From NCBI RefSeq assembly GCF_000143415.4, contig NW_003314284.1, positions 850,693-914,692 on the forward strand: a stretch of 64,000 bases of DNA. Reading direction: 5' to 3'. Shown here in pieces: positions 43,690 through 57,153 of this stretch; positions within the stretch are counted from its first letter, which is position 1; every line of letters starts with the position of its first letter. Both the position numbers and the translations under genes were made by a program. A model generated the notes under the pieces. It did not search any database, had not been told where the DNA came from, and worked only from the letters and a program-made list of their open reading frames with translations. The stretch comes from Selaginella moellendorffii. Lineage: Eukaryota; Plantae; Lycopodiophyta.

Positions 43690-45591
43690 ATGGGAGACGC
43701 TCGAGGATGGCGGCGGGACGATTTCAAGGCATCGGTTCTTGCGGAGAGGTGCCTGAGGACGCGCATTGTGTTTGCGCTCCGGTTCCCGCCGACATTGGAG
43801 CTGGCGCCGCCTCCCCCGCGCTTCTTGGCCGCCGCGACGAGCGATGGCAGCGTTGGGATTCATCCCATTTGCCGATCTCCTCCTGTAAGTCTTCGCATTA
43901 TTTCTCTTTGGTGATCGCCTCCAGTTTTCTTTCTTGTCCTGGTAGATCTCGGGCATAGCGGAGACCACTGACGAGTAAGAATCTTCGATGGCTCAAGTTC
44001 CTAAGGAGAAAATACTCTTTTTCCTTTTTCCAGATTGGCAAAACCATGGTTGTCGCTCGCTGGACACGATGGCCCGGCGTATGGTTTGCTGTCATTTGGA
44101 GAAGATGGAAACAAAGTTCTTGCGAGGTAAGCGATTAATTGTAAGAACTTTCGAATGGTATGACCAAAACAATTGTCGTAGTTGTGGGGATGACGGACGG
44201 ATAGCGATCTGGCGATGGAACGACGTTTTGGAAAGATTGGGCAGTGATTCAAGCTCGGGTTTGAAAGCTTTTTTCTTTTTTCTCTCTTTTTTTCTCATTG
44301 TGGCCTCATTAGATATGCAAGAGCGGCCTGTTTTGGAGATGAAAATTCCTCAGCAGAGGTAAGTTTTTAGCTCCCGATCTTCTCCACTGCGATGTTTGCA
44401 GGGGTCAGCATGGTTCTCTTCTACCCGTTGCCGAAGCCAATGGTCTCGCAGCAGATGTAATATTACGTAGAACTCTCCGCAAAAATTTTATTTCTTCTAC
44501 TTACGTTTATTTTCTCAAAAGGCAGGGACGCTTTTCTGTGCTGCTGGCGATGGCTGTGCTTATGGTTGGGACTTGGTAAAGTATCATGTTTCCAACGAGC
44601 ACTTTATGCAAATTCATGCAAGAGTTTACAGCACCTTACTTTCAGGAAACTGGACAAGGTTCAATGGTATTTCAAGGCCATGCCGGTTACTTGCACTGCA
44701 TAGCGTCGAGACCATCTCAGAAACAGGTAATCAAACATGTTTATTCATCTGAATCTACATTCCTCCCAATGCAGTTAATCACGGGATCCGAGGATGGCAC
44801 CTGCAGAATCTGGGGTAAGCTTTTGCGACAGAAACGAAAGATCACTGCTAAGTTGACGGCCTGTAGACTGTAGATCCGGCCGATGCACAGCAGTGTTGGA
44901 TCCTTGGAATGTACAACGAGTGGCAAGAGCAAAATCCAGGCTCCCATGGGTGAGCTGTGTAGCAGTGGATGCTAGCGAGAATTGGATGGTAAGTTTCTCC
45001 ATGCCTTGGCTTTGTTTCATACTTGTTTGTTTTTGCTTGCAAAAGGCGTGTGGGACTGGAGGAGGATGTGTAACGCTTTGGAACTTGCCAATGGTAGCAG
45101 CAGCAACGAGAATAACGACCGCTGGAGCACCGCAAGACGTGGCCTTCACCACGGACGAGGTCAGCTTTTGATTTTAAAAACGAATGAGAGTTTTGATAAG
45201 CTTTTGGTAGATCTTTCGATCTTTTGATAAACTTCTGATAGGTAGATCTTTTGAAAGATCTTTGACTGATAGAAAAATGATCTTTTATATGACAGATTGT
45301 GGTCGTCGGTGTTCAACCGCATCTTTCTCGATTCACCTTTGGCGGGAAGCTTTCGTCCCAAGTCGCTTGCGCTCCATTGTCTTCCTTCGCCGTGTCACTC
45401 CATCCATCTGGAGTAAGTATCACTTTGTTTCTGTGCTTTCTAGGCTCGAGACAAAGAGCTAGAAAAGATTCTCACGACTTTTTCATTGCCTTTTGGAAAC
45501 TTATACCCAGGTGACAGCTGTTGGTGGCCATGGCGGAATGGTGGATGTGATATCCAGCTATGGAAGCCATCTGTGTACTTTTAGCTGCTAG
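43690..45591 (+). CDS. THO6: THO complex subunit 6 / DWA1-like WD40 protein, about 12 short exons
   Basis: MGDARGW, ATSDG, GHDGPAY, SCGDDGRI..WRW, AAGDGCAYGWD, FQGHAGYLH, LITGSEDGTCRIW and AVGGHGGMVDVISSYGSHLCTF follow the order I recall for Arabidopsis THO6. Blocks are joined by GT-AG introns. Confidence 0.92.
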
Positions 45592-45749
45592 CTTGCAAAG
45601 TTCTAAGAAAATGCTTGGGACGTGTGAAAGAATCTGATGTTTTCTTCGTGTTTCCTGTTTTTATCGGCAATTGCTACTGACATCGTGCATGCTCTCTAGC
45701 AGAAAAGCATGAAACCAAGAGCCAGAAAAAAAAAACCCGACCGTGAAAT

Positions 45750-47445
45750 CTATGCCAAGACCTGTTTGATCACACCATTTGCGGTAGTCTTTACGTTCCC
45801 CAGGAGCTGCGGCATGTAGCAGTCCTTGCCCTGCGCTGCCTCTATCCGGCGCCTGGGATCATACATATTCTCGTCACGTAAAGCCTGCAAGATGGCCTCT
45901 GGCGAGCACTCCCTGCACAAAACGTATAAACGCACAAGCCAGTGAGCAAGGAGAAAAGGAATGTGTGGACTACTAGGCCTACCTCTTGATGAGGATCCTG
46001 TAAAGCATTTGCAGTATGGGACAGAGCTCAACTGGAGCCACGGGCCGGTTACCATCTGGGTGCATCACGCTCAGGCTTGGTTGTCTGAGCAATTCATGAA
46101 AAGCTTCCACGGCTGACACTCCCTGCCAAAGTGAATTGAAGTTGGGTGAGTGTCTTCCAAAAGGAAAAGTATGAGAGATCTCACCTGTATCATGCCTTTG
46201 CCTTGGATGCTGTCTCCCATGTCGAGCCTGAGCTCCCCTTCCACGAGCTTCTGCCCATACCAGGCATTGCGTCCCTTTAGTAGAGTCACGTACGTGTCCG
46301 CCAGAAGAGGCCCGGCCAAGCGCTCGGGCTCCTCGGCCAGGAAGTGCGTGATGTAGATCATCTCCGACGTGCAATGCGCGAAGTAGACGGCCTTGCTCGT
46401 CGCGCTCTCGTTTGTCAGTGCGCCAACCATACCTGTGAGCGAGCCAAAGATTTTAGAACATTTCTTTCGTTTTCCAAACAAGAAACTAAGAACTTGAACA
46501 CTAACCGGCACCAATTGCGTAGACGTTCTTCAAGCCTCCCATGACTTCATGAGTAACGAGGTCGCTGTTGTCCCACACCACAAAATGCGGCTGCCTCAGG
46601 AAACGAGCCAAAGGTTTCCTCCACTTCTCGGAGCCACAGATCCGGGCGTTTGCGTACTCCTTGTTGTAAACCTCCGCCGCGATGTTTGGTCCACCTAGAT
46701 AAAGAATGTTCTCTAGAGGCACCTTGGCTACATAAAACAAAAGCATTGTCAGGCTAAAAGAATCACAAGACCTTTAAGAAAACAAATCTAAGAACTTAAG
46801 AGAGAAAGAAAACCACTTACTTGCTTCGCTGATCATCTGCGTTGGAGTGACAATGTGTGGCACGGGCGTGAGAGCTGCCTCGACTCCTTTTGATAGCGAT
46901 ATGATCACGGGCATGGTTCTTCTCTCTCGCCAGTACCTCCCAATCTCCTCAAACACTGGCCGGGTCTCCGTGGAAGGAAGGCTGTTGATGACAATGTCCG
47001 CGTCCCACACAGCCTCTTGCAAATTGGTGACCACCTTGAGGGGGCACAGCGGCGTATCCAGCATGTTGATGCAAAAGCCATCGCGCAAGATCTCGTCCGC
47101 GTAGAGCACTCGATCGCCCAATCGCCCCTCCACGTACTTGAGATAGGCGCACTTTTGGATGAGCCGCCGGAGCACGTCCTCCCTGGAATTGATGATCTCG
47201 AAGAGGTGCTGGGCGGATTTCTTGTCCACCGCCTTGCCCCCGCGCCGCCACACCCGGACCTGGACCAAATCCCTCAGGTGGCCGAAGGCGTCCTGGAGCA
47301 TCGCCACGAAGACGCTGCCCCACGCGCCGGCTCCCACACCGACGATCTTGAGGACATCTCCGTCGGCCTTGCCGAGCAGCTCCCTGATCTCCGCCACGCG
47401 CTCCTCGAGCGTCTTGCCATTGCAGCTGTGGAACTTGGATGCCAT
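45750..47445 (-). CDS. GPDHC1: Cytosolic NAD+-dependent glycerol-3-phosphate dehydrogenase (GPDHc type), 5 exons
   Basis: GVGAGAWG Rossmann motif, [52 protein letters not shown] and [13 protein letters not shown]. Confidence 0.95.
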
Positions 47446-47733
47446 TGTCGATGCGCCGCTGGAATGGATGGGATCCTCACGAAACCCTCATAGGCGAGCG
47501 CCCCGGGATGGAAATCGCGGTGAATTCCACTCGAAATATCGACCGATCTCGGCAAGAAGGCACTGGATCGAGGATCGGGAGGCACCGCTCGAGCAATGCC
47601 GATGAAGCAAACCTGGATTCGAGCGAGCGAGCGAGCGAAGGAGCGACGCCTGGCGATCTTCCTGCTGCCCTCGCCGAAAGAGAAATATATCTTGCGATAA
47701 AACCCCCAACAGGGGTCCGGTTTGCATGATCCC

Positions 47734-47866
47734 TGACACGTCACCATCGACAGTCCACGTGTGAAACAGCGTGGCGGCCAAAGAACTTCGGCGGTGCCGC
47801 CGCGTGGACGGCCGACTCGCTCGCCGGCATCACCGGTGTCCCGACCACTGTGCGCGGGCCACGTGT
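47734..47866. promoter_or_regulatory. ABRE/G-box/CE-like and DRE-core cluster upstream of GPDHc
   Basis: TGACACGTCA 47734, CACGTG 47756, GCCGCGTGG 47799, GCCGAC 47811 and GCCACGTGT 47858. Confidence 0.55.
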
Positions 47867-48477
47867 AGACAGCGCTCCACCTGCCATCACGAAATAAATG
47901 GGCGTTTTCTCCAAAGTGGTTGTGGCTTGGATGTTTAGCGCCGCGCCAACGGTGGCGCTGACTTGGTCAAGCCGCATTTTCCACCGAGAGTCACGAGACG
48001 AGGCGAAACCAAAAAAATGAGCTTTCGGTGCTCGAATAGATCTGGAGATGGAAAGAAAAATAGATCGCGAATTTGATTCGATGGCTTATAGAAAGAACTA
48101 AACTTACCAAGCGCCACGGTTCATAAAAATCTGGAGCTGACCGACCGGCTTCATTGCGCGCGCTCAAACAGAAGTTTTCGCTCGACATGGATCGGAAAGA
48201 CGCGACGATAGCTTCCAAACGAATTTGGAGCTTGTCCAGGAAAATGAAATCTCTCAAACTATAGTCGTATTGATAGCAACTGCAAAAACCACGAACCAAG
48301 TCAGTCGCTCGGCTTTCACAAGCTTCAAGAGACTTACCGAGAAGAAAAGTTCGTGTTCTCGCAAAACGGATACTCCACCTCCCTGTGTTCTAGTTCATAA
48401 GTGCCAGTGGACAAAACTTCCACGGCCATAGCGTCCTGTTCTCGTCTCTCCTGGACTGTTTCTTCTCCGGCAAAACC

Positions 48478-49532
48478 TCAACCATAAAACCGAGCGCCTG
48501 ATCTTGACCGACCGACCTTATAAAAAATGCCAGATTTTCCATATTCATCATCGCCGCTGAATTCCCTGAAAGCATTCATTCTGTCCAGTCGCCTTGAATC
48601 ATCGCCATTGCTTGGGGTGCTCCTGTCGTTGCTGATGTTGTTGTTGTTGTTGTTGCTCTGTGAAGATCTTCCATGGTTAATGCGTCCAGTGTTAAAGCTC
48701 TGCGGTCGCTCGTTGTTGTTGCTAGTGCCCTGCGCTCTTCCGTTGCTGCTACTCTGCGCTCGTCCCAAGCTGCTGCGTTGCAATGGCCCATTGCTGTTGC
48801 TCTGCCCGTTGTTTCTGCCCTGCGATCGTCCAAAATTGCTGCTTTGCACTGGACCATTGTTGTTGCTCTTTGGTCGTCCAAAGTCTAATGGTCCACTGTT
48901 GCTTTTCTTCTCTGGAATCCTGTAGCTGATTGGCTCCGGTTCTGGCAACTTATATCTAGCAGGCTTCGGTGATCCAATCTCTTCCAAAGCCGGACCTGAA
49001 AGATGAGAACCCGACTGTGACTCCACTCTGCTCTCAGTTCGTGAGTCCTCGGTCGCCCGAGACGAGCAACGTTCTGCGACTTCGTCTTTCTCAGGCTTTA
49101 CAGAAGAGCCCCATACTGCTGGGCCAGAGAGATAAACAAACATGTAAGTCTAGTGAAGAAACGAAGTTACCAACCTGATGGGAATTGAAGACGTGGTTCC
49201 GAGGGTCTAAATGCTTGAGGATACTTGGAGTCTCCAAGTCTCTTCTTCATCTGGTGCTCGAAATACATCTTTTGGATGTATGGATTCGGACTGACGTCCT
49301 CCCTCAAAATTAAATTGGTCTGCCTCATTGCCTGCGTGCTCAGATTATTCTCTGCCTCGTTAAGTCTCTCAACCTGGAGTGAATGAATTACGAATGAAAA
49401 AAAAAAAGCGAAAACGAAAGAAAGAAAATAGAAACTCGATCTTCCACTCACCTCTGCCTTCAAAAACTTATAGAAACCCCCAATCTCTTGTGACTCGGAC
49501 CTCCATCTCGCAGGTGGTGCAACAATATCCAT
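48478..49532 (-). CDS. Unknown protein (about 307 aa) with an N/S/G/R/Q low-complexity C-terminal half; exons 49532-49452, 49373-49175, 49119-48478
   Basis: GT-AG introns join ORFs 49167-49628 and 48478-49143 in frame. Probable 5'UTR introns lie upstream. The start is uncertain. Confidence 0.65.
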
Positions 49533-49810
49533 GTCTAAAATCACCAATGCGTTAGGAGGGAGAAGAATACCACACACAGGCCTCGCAAAAGCAAAGACAA
49601 GCAACCATAGACCTGTGAGAGATGACAACGAGTCAAGAATGAGCTCTCAATTGCCTAAAAATTGAATCACACAAAAAAAAACTAGCAATTTCTTCTTCGC
49701 GAATCGCGACGACGATCCAAGCCAACTCTAGAGGTGTGGAGACACACATCTGAAACGCGTAACATACCTCGCGATTATCCTCCCGCGAAGAACACGAGCT
49801 CGGCGTCTAA

Positions 49811-49944
49811 AAACCCTAGCTTGCCTTCTTCATCTTCGGTGGGCGTGGCGTTACATTTCCTAGCGAGTTAAACTCTAACACGTGGAATCTTTTGGCGGGA
49901 AGAAAATCAAAACTCGAGATGGCGCCCAAATTTCACCTAGGGTT
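49811..49944. promoter_or_regulatory. Bidirectional promoter with telo-boxes, G-box and E2F site
   Basis: AAACCCTAG 49811, CACGTG 49879, TTTGGCGG 49891 (WTTSSCSS) and CTAGGGTT 49937, all between divergent genes. Confidence 0.6.
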
Positions 49945-49950
49945 GGAGCG

Positions 49951-52588
49951 ATGGAGGGCAAGCTCAAGCGCCTTCGCAAGGTACGCCAGGAAACTTCTAT
50001 CGCCGGCTTTGACGAGCGACACGATTGTTCTTCAACTGGTGGCGTTGATCTGGGATTGGAGCGAGCTGCTGTAGACATAGAGCTTGGATCCGAGAAGAAT
50101 GCGGATTTGGAGGGGCATAGGGATTCTACGGGCGATGCTAGACCTGGTGACGGTATGGATTTCGGCGGTCCTGGAAATTTGGATTCAAATGGGAGCTTGG
50201 AAGGTGGTAGTGAGTCAGAGTCGTCGAAGAACAGTTTGGATGCCTGGAAAAAAATCGCCAAGAAGAGCAAGACAGGCGAAGCAGTCTCCGAAGACAATCC
50301 TGCGAGATCTGGCATGGGTCACGAGGATTTGGATCCGACTGGGAGCGACAATGACTCAGAGACGTCTAGAAACAGTTTGGATGAGCTACTTTCCGATGGC
50401 ATCGTCACGAAGAAGAAGCGAAAAGTTTTCGCAAGAGAGCGCCAGGCGGAGGAGCTACTCTCCGACGGAATTGAGAACGAGCCTGCAAGATCTGGCGTGG
50501 GTAATGGGAGCTTTAGTGGCTCAGAGTCGTCTAAGAACAGTTTGGATGAGCTACTCTCCGATGGTGTTGTTACCTCGAGCAAAAAGAGAAAAAGGATAGC
50601 CGAGCCTGAGAACAAGCCTATTGATGCTCACAGCCTTCAACCTTCTTCGAGTTTGCAGGATGATACGAAACATCGGGTTAGGAAGGTGCATATTTTTCTT
50701 TCTGTGTTTTTATGATTTAAAAGTTCTGATTTCTTTCAGGTCACCAAGAAGGAGCTTGACGAGATGCATGCAGAGTCGCAAAGATTGCTACGAGGTAAGC
50801 ATTTTCTTACATCTACTAGTTAATCAAATGTTTTTATAGAAACAAGGGAAGCGGCCTTTGAAGCAGCTCCTGTTGTTGAAGTTCCTATGTCTGGGCTCTT
50901 ATCCAAATTACGACAGAGGAAAATTCAACTGGGATGGAAGTCAGCGTATGCTTTATAAAAATTATTGCGTTGTTCTTGTAACATGTCAGCAATGCAGGAG
51001 TAAGTTGAAAGTAAGTCATCAAAACGACGTTGATGTGGGGCATGATACGAGCCAGCTCCCTACGATCTCAACAAGTTACTGTGAAAACGAGGATGAATGT
51101 TCCGGAATGAATAAAGTTCTAGAGGATACTAGTTCTAGTAAGGTCAGTTGCGTATTCCTGCATGCGATTGCGTCTAACATGGATGATTTTCAGGAATCTC
51201 CTGTAAGATGCAGCAACGCTTTCAGACAGCCTTTAGAAGATACTCAGGTGTGTGAATTTCGACAACTTTCAAGATCTCGCTAACAGACCCGTTTCTCCTC
51301 GTAGGATCTCTTTCCGGACTCCCAAGCTCTGGACTATATTCTCGCAGGAAGTCAAGATAACTACAATGGAGGGATCCACTTGGACTTGCATATGACGGAA
51401 AGTCAAGATGAAGCTCTTGGGACTACTGAGACCGTCGAAGCCTTCCCTGTGAAGCCTCCAATCATGGCACTTATAGATGACGAAGCTGAAGCTGAGGATG
51501 AGGACCTTATCCTTCATAACAGTGAGGAGGACGAAGGAGATGACAGTGCCGAAGTCCTCGAAATTATTGATCGTTCAGCAGAGGCGGAAGAGCCTCTGGA
51601 TAATGGCAGACGTGCCGATCTTCATCGTCAGTGGCTAGAACAACAAGATGAAGCTCAGACCGACAGCATCTTGTGGAGGATTCAAGGATCATCAAAGCAG
51701 ACGGAGTATACAGCCGAGATTTCTTCGTTTCTGGATGCCGACGATTCAGATCCACAAGAGTTGTCACGGGGGACTTCGGTGAAACTGAAAGAAACAAAGG
51801 AAGCTGCGCCGCCTCCATCTATCGGTCTTGAATTTTTGGAAGAGGACATGCAAATATATCACGAGTCGTCGGACGACGAAGAAACAGAGCGTACAATTTT
51901 ACGGCAACGGCTGCTCGAAACTGCTGTAAGAGTGAAGTATGCCTCCTCTGAACATGTCAACTTACATATCTCTGTTTTCAGGAGAGGCAGGAACTGTTTA
52001 TGTCTCCTGCTGATGATGAATCGTCAAGGGAGGTTCTGGGCATCATAAAGAAAGCAAACGTTTCTCATAGTACTACGAAGAGAAAGTCTGCTCAACAAGG
52101 TTCTTATTTCATTCCTATATATGTTTTCACATAACATAAAACTCTTCCACAGAAACGTGTGCCTCTGTTTGTAAGTCTAAGGTAAAATTACTGGTTCCCT
52201 CTCATCTAGTCGTAACAAACTTTTGGTGCCGCAGTCAATATTTTCGAACCGGTCGACGTCGAATTCGTCATTGCTCAAGCAAACCATATGTACAAACTCG
52301 AAGTCGTTCATATTTGGACGTGATGACAGTAGCAGCCTCTCCGGTTTTCCAGTTGCCGCACAGGTGTGTAACTTCCCACTTGCCACTCCTAGCATTGACG
52401 TCTTCCCTCCACAGCACACCGTTAACAAAGAAACCGCTGCTCCAAAACCAATAGAACAGAGAGGCCCCTCATTGTTCTCAATTCTCAAGCAGCAACAGAC
52501 GGACCACCCGAGGCCGGGAGAGAGGATTGTAATGGCGGACAAGCTCTCCATCTTTGGCAAATTCCCCAAGAGAAAAGGGAAGTACTAG
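49951..52588 (+). CDS. Claspin/Mrc1-like acidic protein (At1g75150-like), multi-exon
   Basis: Spliced MHAESQRLLRETREAAFEAAPVV..LLSKIRQRK. LIDDEAEAED and RRADLHRQWLEQQDE resemble the MRC1-like domain; NSKSFIFGRDDS near the C-terminus. Family recognition is from memory. Confidence 0.72.
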
Positions 52589-54039
52589 ACGATTTACCAA
52601 GAAAAAGATTTCCAAAAGGTACCAAAATGTCTCTTTTACTTTCAATTGATTGTCCAGAAAATGTGCAACCAGTTAGACCTTTCCATTCCCCACAGCAGCG
52701 CAATCATGTAGTGGTTCTTCAAATATTTACTTTCCAAGAAGCGAAAAATTATAAAGGGTTATGGGCGCTAGATGTTTTATACTAAGATTAATGTTAAGCT
52801 CTATAATCGAGTTTTGGTTTGCTGATGATAGTGAATATACTTAAAATATGCTTGGATATTCTAAAATATTTAAAACTGTTGCTATTCATTTAGATTAATC
52901 TTGTATTTATAATTTATAAACATGTTTATAATTTATAAACTTTCTTAAACCCTTTCTAGTATATTCTTTTTTATTCTATCATCTAATGGTTGATATGTAG
53001 TAAGAGTGTTTACAAATTACAAACATGCTTATAATTATAAACTTTATTTGATCAATTGGATTAATAAGTAATAATAAAACTACTATTAAGCAAACCAAAC
53101 ATTGCTACATGCAATGTGTAGCAATTTTTTATTTTTTATAACGTTCAATATTTTATCTCTATTTTATTTCAGTTATTGAAAAAGACTATTCACAATTTTT
53201 TTTTTTTTTATGGTTGAGATCTTATACTATAGTGATTTAAAGTTTAAAATATCTTAAACATTTTTACTTTTTAACATTACAGCCAAGCTTCCACATCTAT
53301 GTAGGGACAATCTTGCCACAATATAAAATGTTTGTGTTCATTCCACTTTGGATTGGTGGCCAGACTAATTTATCAATTGGGTTTTATTTATTTATCTTTT
53401 ATAAAACCATAGAGTTTAATTTTGACATGCTTGAAATCGGAAAAGAGCAAATGAAGGGGTGAAAGGGACAAAGCTAAATTAGAACTTGAAACCATGACTA
53501 TTCTGGTCCATATGGTTGAAGTTTTGAGGGGGAATCCAAGGGACTTAGGGAGGTACATGTTTTATTGTTCTTGGACAAGTGTTGCTAAACCTATAGTGGT
53601 GGTTTTCATGTCCATTCATCTTCGCTAACTTTGTTTTTATGTCTAAAGAATGGCTAGAGAGCTTGTTCTTTAGCAATCACTTTAGCTAGTTGATTTAGGG
53701 TGTAAGAAAGAATATTCAACATGGTGGATTTAGAGGGAGAACTAAAGTTTAAAAGGACTATGGTGACTAGAGGGTGGCTTTTTTATAGCTAATGAGTGGG
53801 GCAGAAACATTTTGCAAGAATATTTAACATGGTGGATTTAGAGGGAGAACCAAAGTTTGGTAGACCCTAAGAGAAAAACTATGGTGATTGAAGGGTGGTT
53901 TAAGTATGATTGCAAATGATCATTCTCTGGCAAAGGGAGGATTGTTAGGTACCAAGTCAAAATAATAGGATAAAGAAAGGGTCCTACAATCAAGTGATCA
54001 CCCCTTTAGCCAGTTGGTTTAGGGTGTAAGGGATAGGAT

Positions 54040-55470
54040 AACACTGGAGGGTGTATTCCATGGCAGTCCAGTGCAAATTTTATTGGATAATGGGAGTGAT
54101 GACAACTTTGTTTCAGTAAAATTTGTTGAGGAGCATGGCCTGGTGACACGAAGAGTTCTTCTATACATAGTGGAAGGTGCAACTACTTCTACTCATCATT
54201 TTGATACTTATGTAAAGGGACTAGCATTATTGGTTGGCAAAACCACACTTGTTGAGATTTTTTATCTTGTAGATATCCATCATGTGGATCTTATTTTTAA
54301 GATGCCATGGTTGATCCAAAGATAAAGTGGAGTGTTAAGCGTGTCTTACTAGACTACAATGGCATTAAAGATGTATGGTTTGGAAAGGGAATTCAACCTT
54401 TAGTTGTTATGCTTTCTACTACATTTTTTAAGTGGGTTTGTTGTAATGGAAAAACAATTTTGAGTTACTTGCTATTTATTTGTGACTTGGGGGACCAAGG
54501 CATGTGTGGTGGAGAAGCAGCAGAATATGATGTATTTGACGAGTTTTCTAATATTTTTCCATTTACACTTCCTCATGGTTGCCTCCATTACGAGGTATGG
54601 AGCATGGGATTACGTTGAAATCGGGGACACAACCAATTTAACAGTGTCCATTTCAGTTGAGTTATGTAAAGGAGCAAGAAGTTCAACGATAAGTTAAAAA
54701 GTTACTTGAGTTTGGATTTATTTAGCCAAATAAGTTTCCATTTAGTGTTTTGGTCTTTCTTGTGAAGAAGAAAGATGGTTCAATATAGATATACATTGAC
54801 TATTGTGCTTTGAATAAGAAGATAGTGAAGGATAAAATGCCTATACTGCATGTGGATGATATCTTAAATAAGCTTGGTGAAGCATGAGTGTTTACTAAGA
54901 TTGATCTGAGGAATGGATATCATTAGATTACAATGGCTGATGCATCTATCTTTAAGATGACATTCAATATAAGCTTTGGGCATTTTGAGTTTACAATTAT
55001 ACCATTGACAAATGCACTAGCTATATTTACTTGGTTAATGACAAAGGTTTTTGAGCATTATCTTCATAAGTTTGTAGAGATTTTCTTAAATGATATTCTT
55101 GTTTTCGGCAAAAATATGGAGGAGTATAAGGTGTATTTACACAAGGTTCTTTTGCTATAACATGACAACAAATTTTATGCGAAGAAGAGTAAATATGAGT
55201 TTGCAAAATCGAAGGTGGAATATCTAAGCCATATTGTGACATCTAAAGGTGTCTAGATGGATCCAAGAAATGTGGTTGTGGTGGAGAACTGGCCTACATT
55301 AACTTCAATAGGCGAGTTACATAGCTTTTTTGGTATAGCCAAATACTACTGATGTAATTTTGCGGAGGTGGCTATTCCTTTGACACAATTGTTATGTAAG
55401 AATATGCCATTCAAGTGGAAGAAGCCACAAAAGAATAATTTTATGGCATTGAAATGATTGTTGAGTGAAG
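54040..55470 (+). mobile_element. Degenerate Ty3 protease-RT relic
   Basis: ILLDNGSDDNFV, VKKKDGS, KIDLRNGY, FGHFEF and FLNDILVF, with many stops and frameshifts. Confidence 0.85.
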
Positions 55471-56199
55471 CTTTAACCATGTGGTTAACATCAGTCAAAG
55501 GGAAGCTCAAAGGTATACTAAGGCATGTTAGGGTAAGGAACTTAACTATCCTAGAGCTCACAATAGAGCGGTGGCACAATAGAGTTTTTGAGGTAGCTCG
55601 GGGGTGGTTGGGTGGTGAAGAACCTCAAAAGGTGGCATAACATAATCTAGGGAGATTAAATCTTTATCTTTTTATACCGGATCATAACAATGTCCAATCA
55701 GGATACTAGTGTGATGACTAAGTGTGACAAAACTTTTGAGATTATTGCTCAAGCTGAGGAGTTCTTATTATTGAACATCTTGGCATAGGAAGTCTTCCAG
55801 ATCTCTGCAAGAGTACATCTCTTGAGGACATTAAAAAGCTCTTGGTGAAGATATGTAAAGTGAGTGCATATTCATTTGAGTTGAACAAAATAGGGAGTTC
55901 TTGTTATATCTCCATTTCCAAGCATTTGGGAATTTGGTCTTCCTTTGTAGAAAGCAGCCCTATAGCATTGATTCATAAGTTATGGCCACACCTCCTTGAG
56001 AGAGGTTTGTTTAAGGATTGTTATAGTGCCTTCCCAAACTTCCTATGCTGCTGAATATTCCTATAGGATGTGGTGCTATGTCTTTTTTTCTCTATATAAA
56101 CTACATACTATATTCAGGAGGTGTATTTGTAGCATACATGAATTTAGAGCCAAATTTCAAGCCCGTTGCGCTACAAAATGAGGGTCCAGTACAACTGGT

Positions 56200-57140
56200 T
56201 CTGGCTTGGATAGCTAATTTTATCTAGTTCCAAAGGCAATATCTATATTTTGTCAAGTATTTTGTAGTTTACCAATTGCCAAGCACTACCATCATTCTGT
56301 AAAAGCTTACTAGATGACACTAACATAATAAAGTGATGGCATATTTATTTTATAATTGCACTAGATCTTTTTAACTATGTTTTTTATGAGTAAATAAATT
56401 AGAGCTGTATATTATGCTTAATACATTTAAATGAACAAAGTGTTTTACATCTAGTGAATGATATTATACTTCATAAAAAAAATATATACATAAATTCTCT
56501 AGCTGCTAAAAGTCTAATTATTTAGTTAAATCTCCTAGCTTTTCACAATATATAATATTCTCTAAAATATTTTTTAGATTATTGCAGAATTCTACTTATA
56601 AAAATTTTGAACTATGATCATTAGCCCAGCTTTTATTCTATGTTTTAGAGTGCTATGTAATGGTGGAGTGTCACTGGGAAAGACTATCTTAGATAATATT
56701 GACTAGTAAAATGACTTCAGTTATTGGTGTATCATAGTAAGGTATTGCACAATGCAAGGTATCCTTTCAATCCCAAATACAACATTTCAATAATGTGGTT
56801 GTTATTTTTCATAGATTCATTTTTCTTTGGGGTTTAGAAATTAAAGGGCTTGATTTGCTCATTCTTCTTGAACCCAAGATCAGGTTATGAAAATACTTAG
56901 GTGAAATAGTAAAATATAAACTATTTAGAGGAGATAATAAACAATTATATAAGGTTAACTTGGCATAATTAAAACTACAATATTAGGTGGAAAGTTTTCC
57001 TCAAATGCCTTATAGTTTGAAAGTTGTAAAGACATTTTTTTTGTAATGCTTGGATAAATTTCTAGCCAATTTACTAGATCCCTTAAAAGGAGGCAAGAGA
57101 ACATCATCCTAAAGTGCAGATTACAAACCTTTTTTCTCAC
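56200..57140 (-). mobile_element. Inverted copy of the LINE-like relic at 35775-36530, next to an LTR-end fragment (about 56128-56195)
   Basis: The reverse complement aligns colinearly over about 750 bp. Confidence 0.6.
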
Positions 57141-57153
57141 TAATATTTACTAG

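Noticed and set aside
55526-55689. TG...CA segment resembling a small solo LTR
   Set aside because: No target-site duplication and no second copy in the window.
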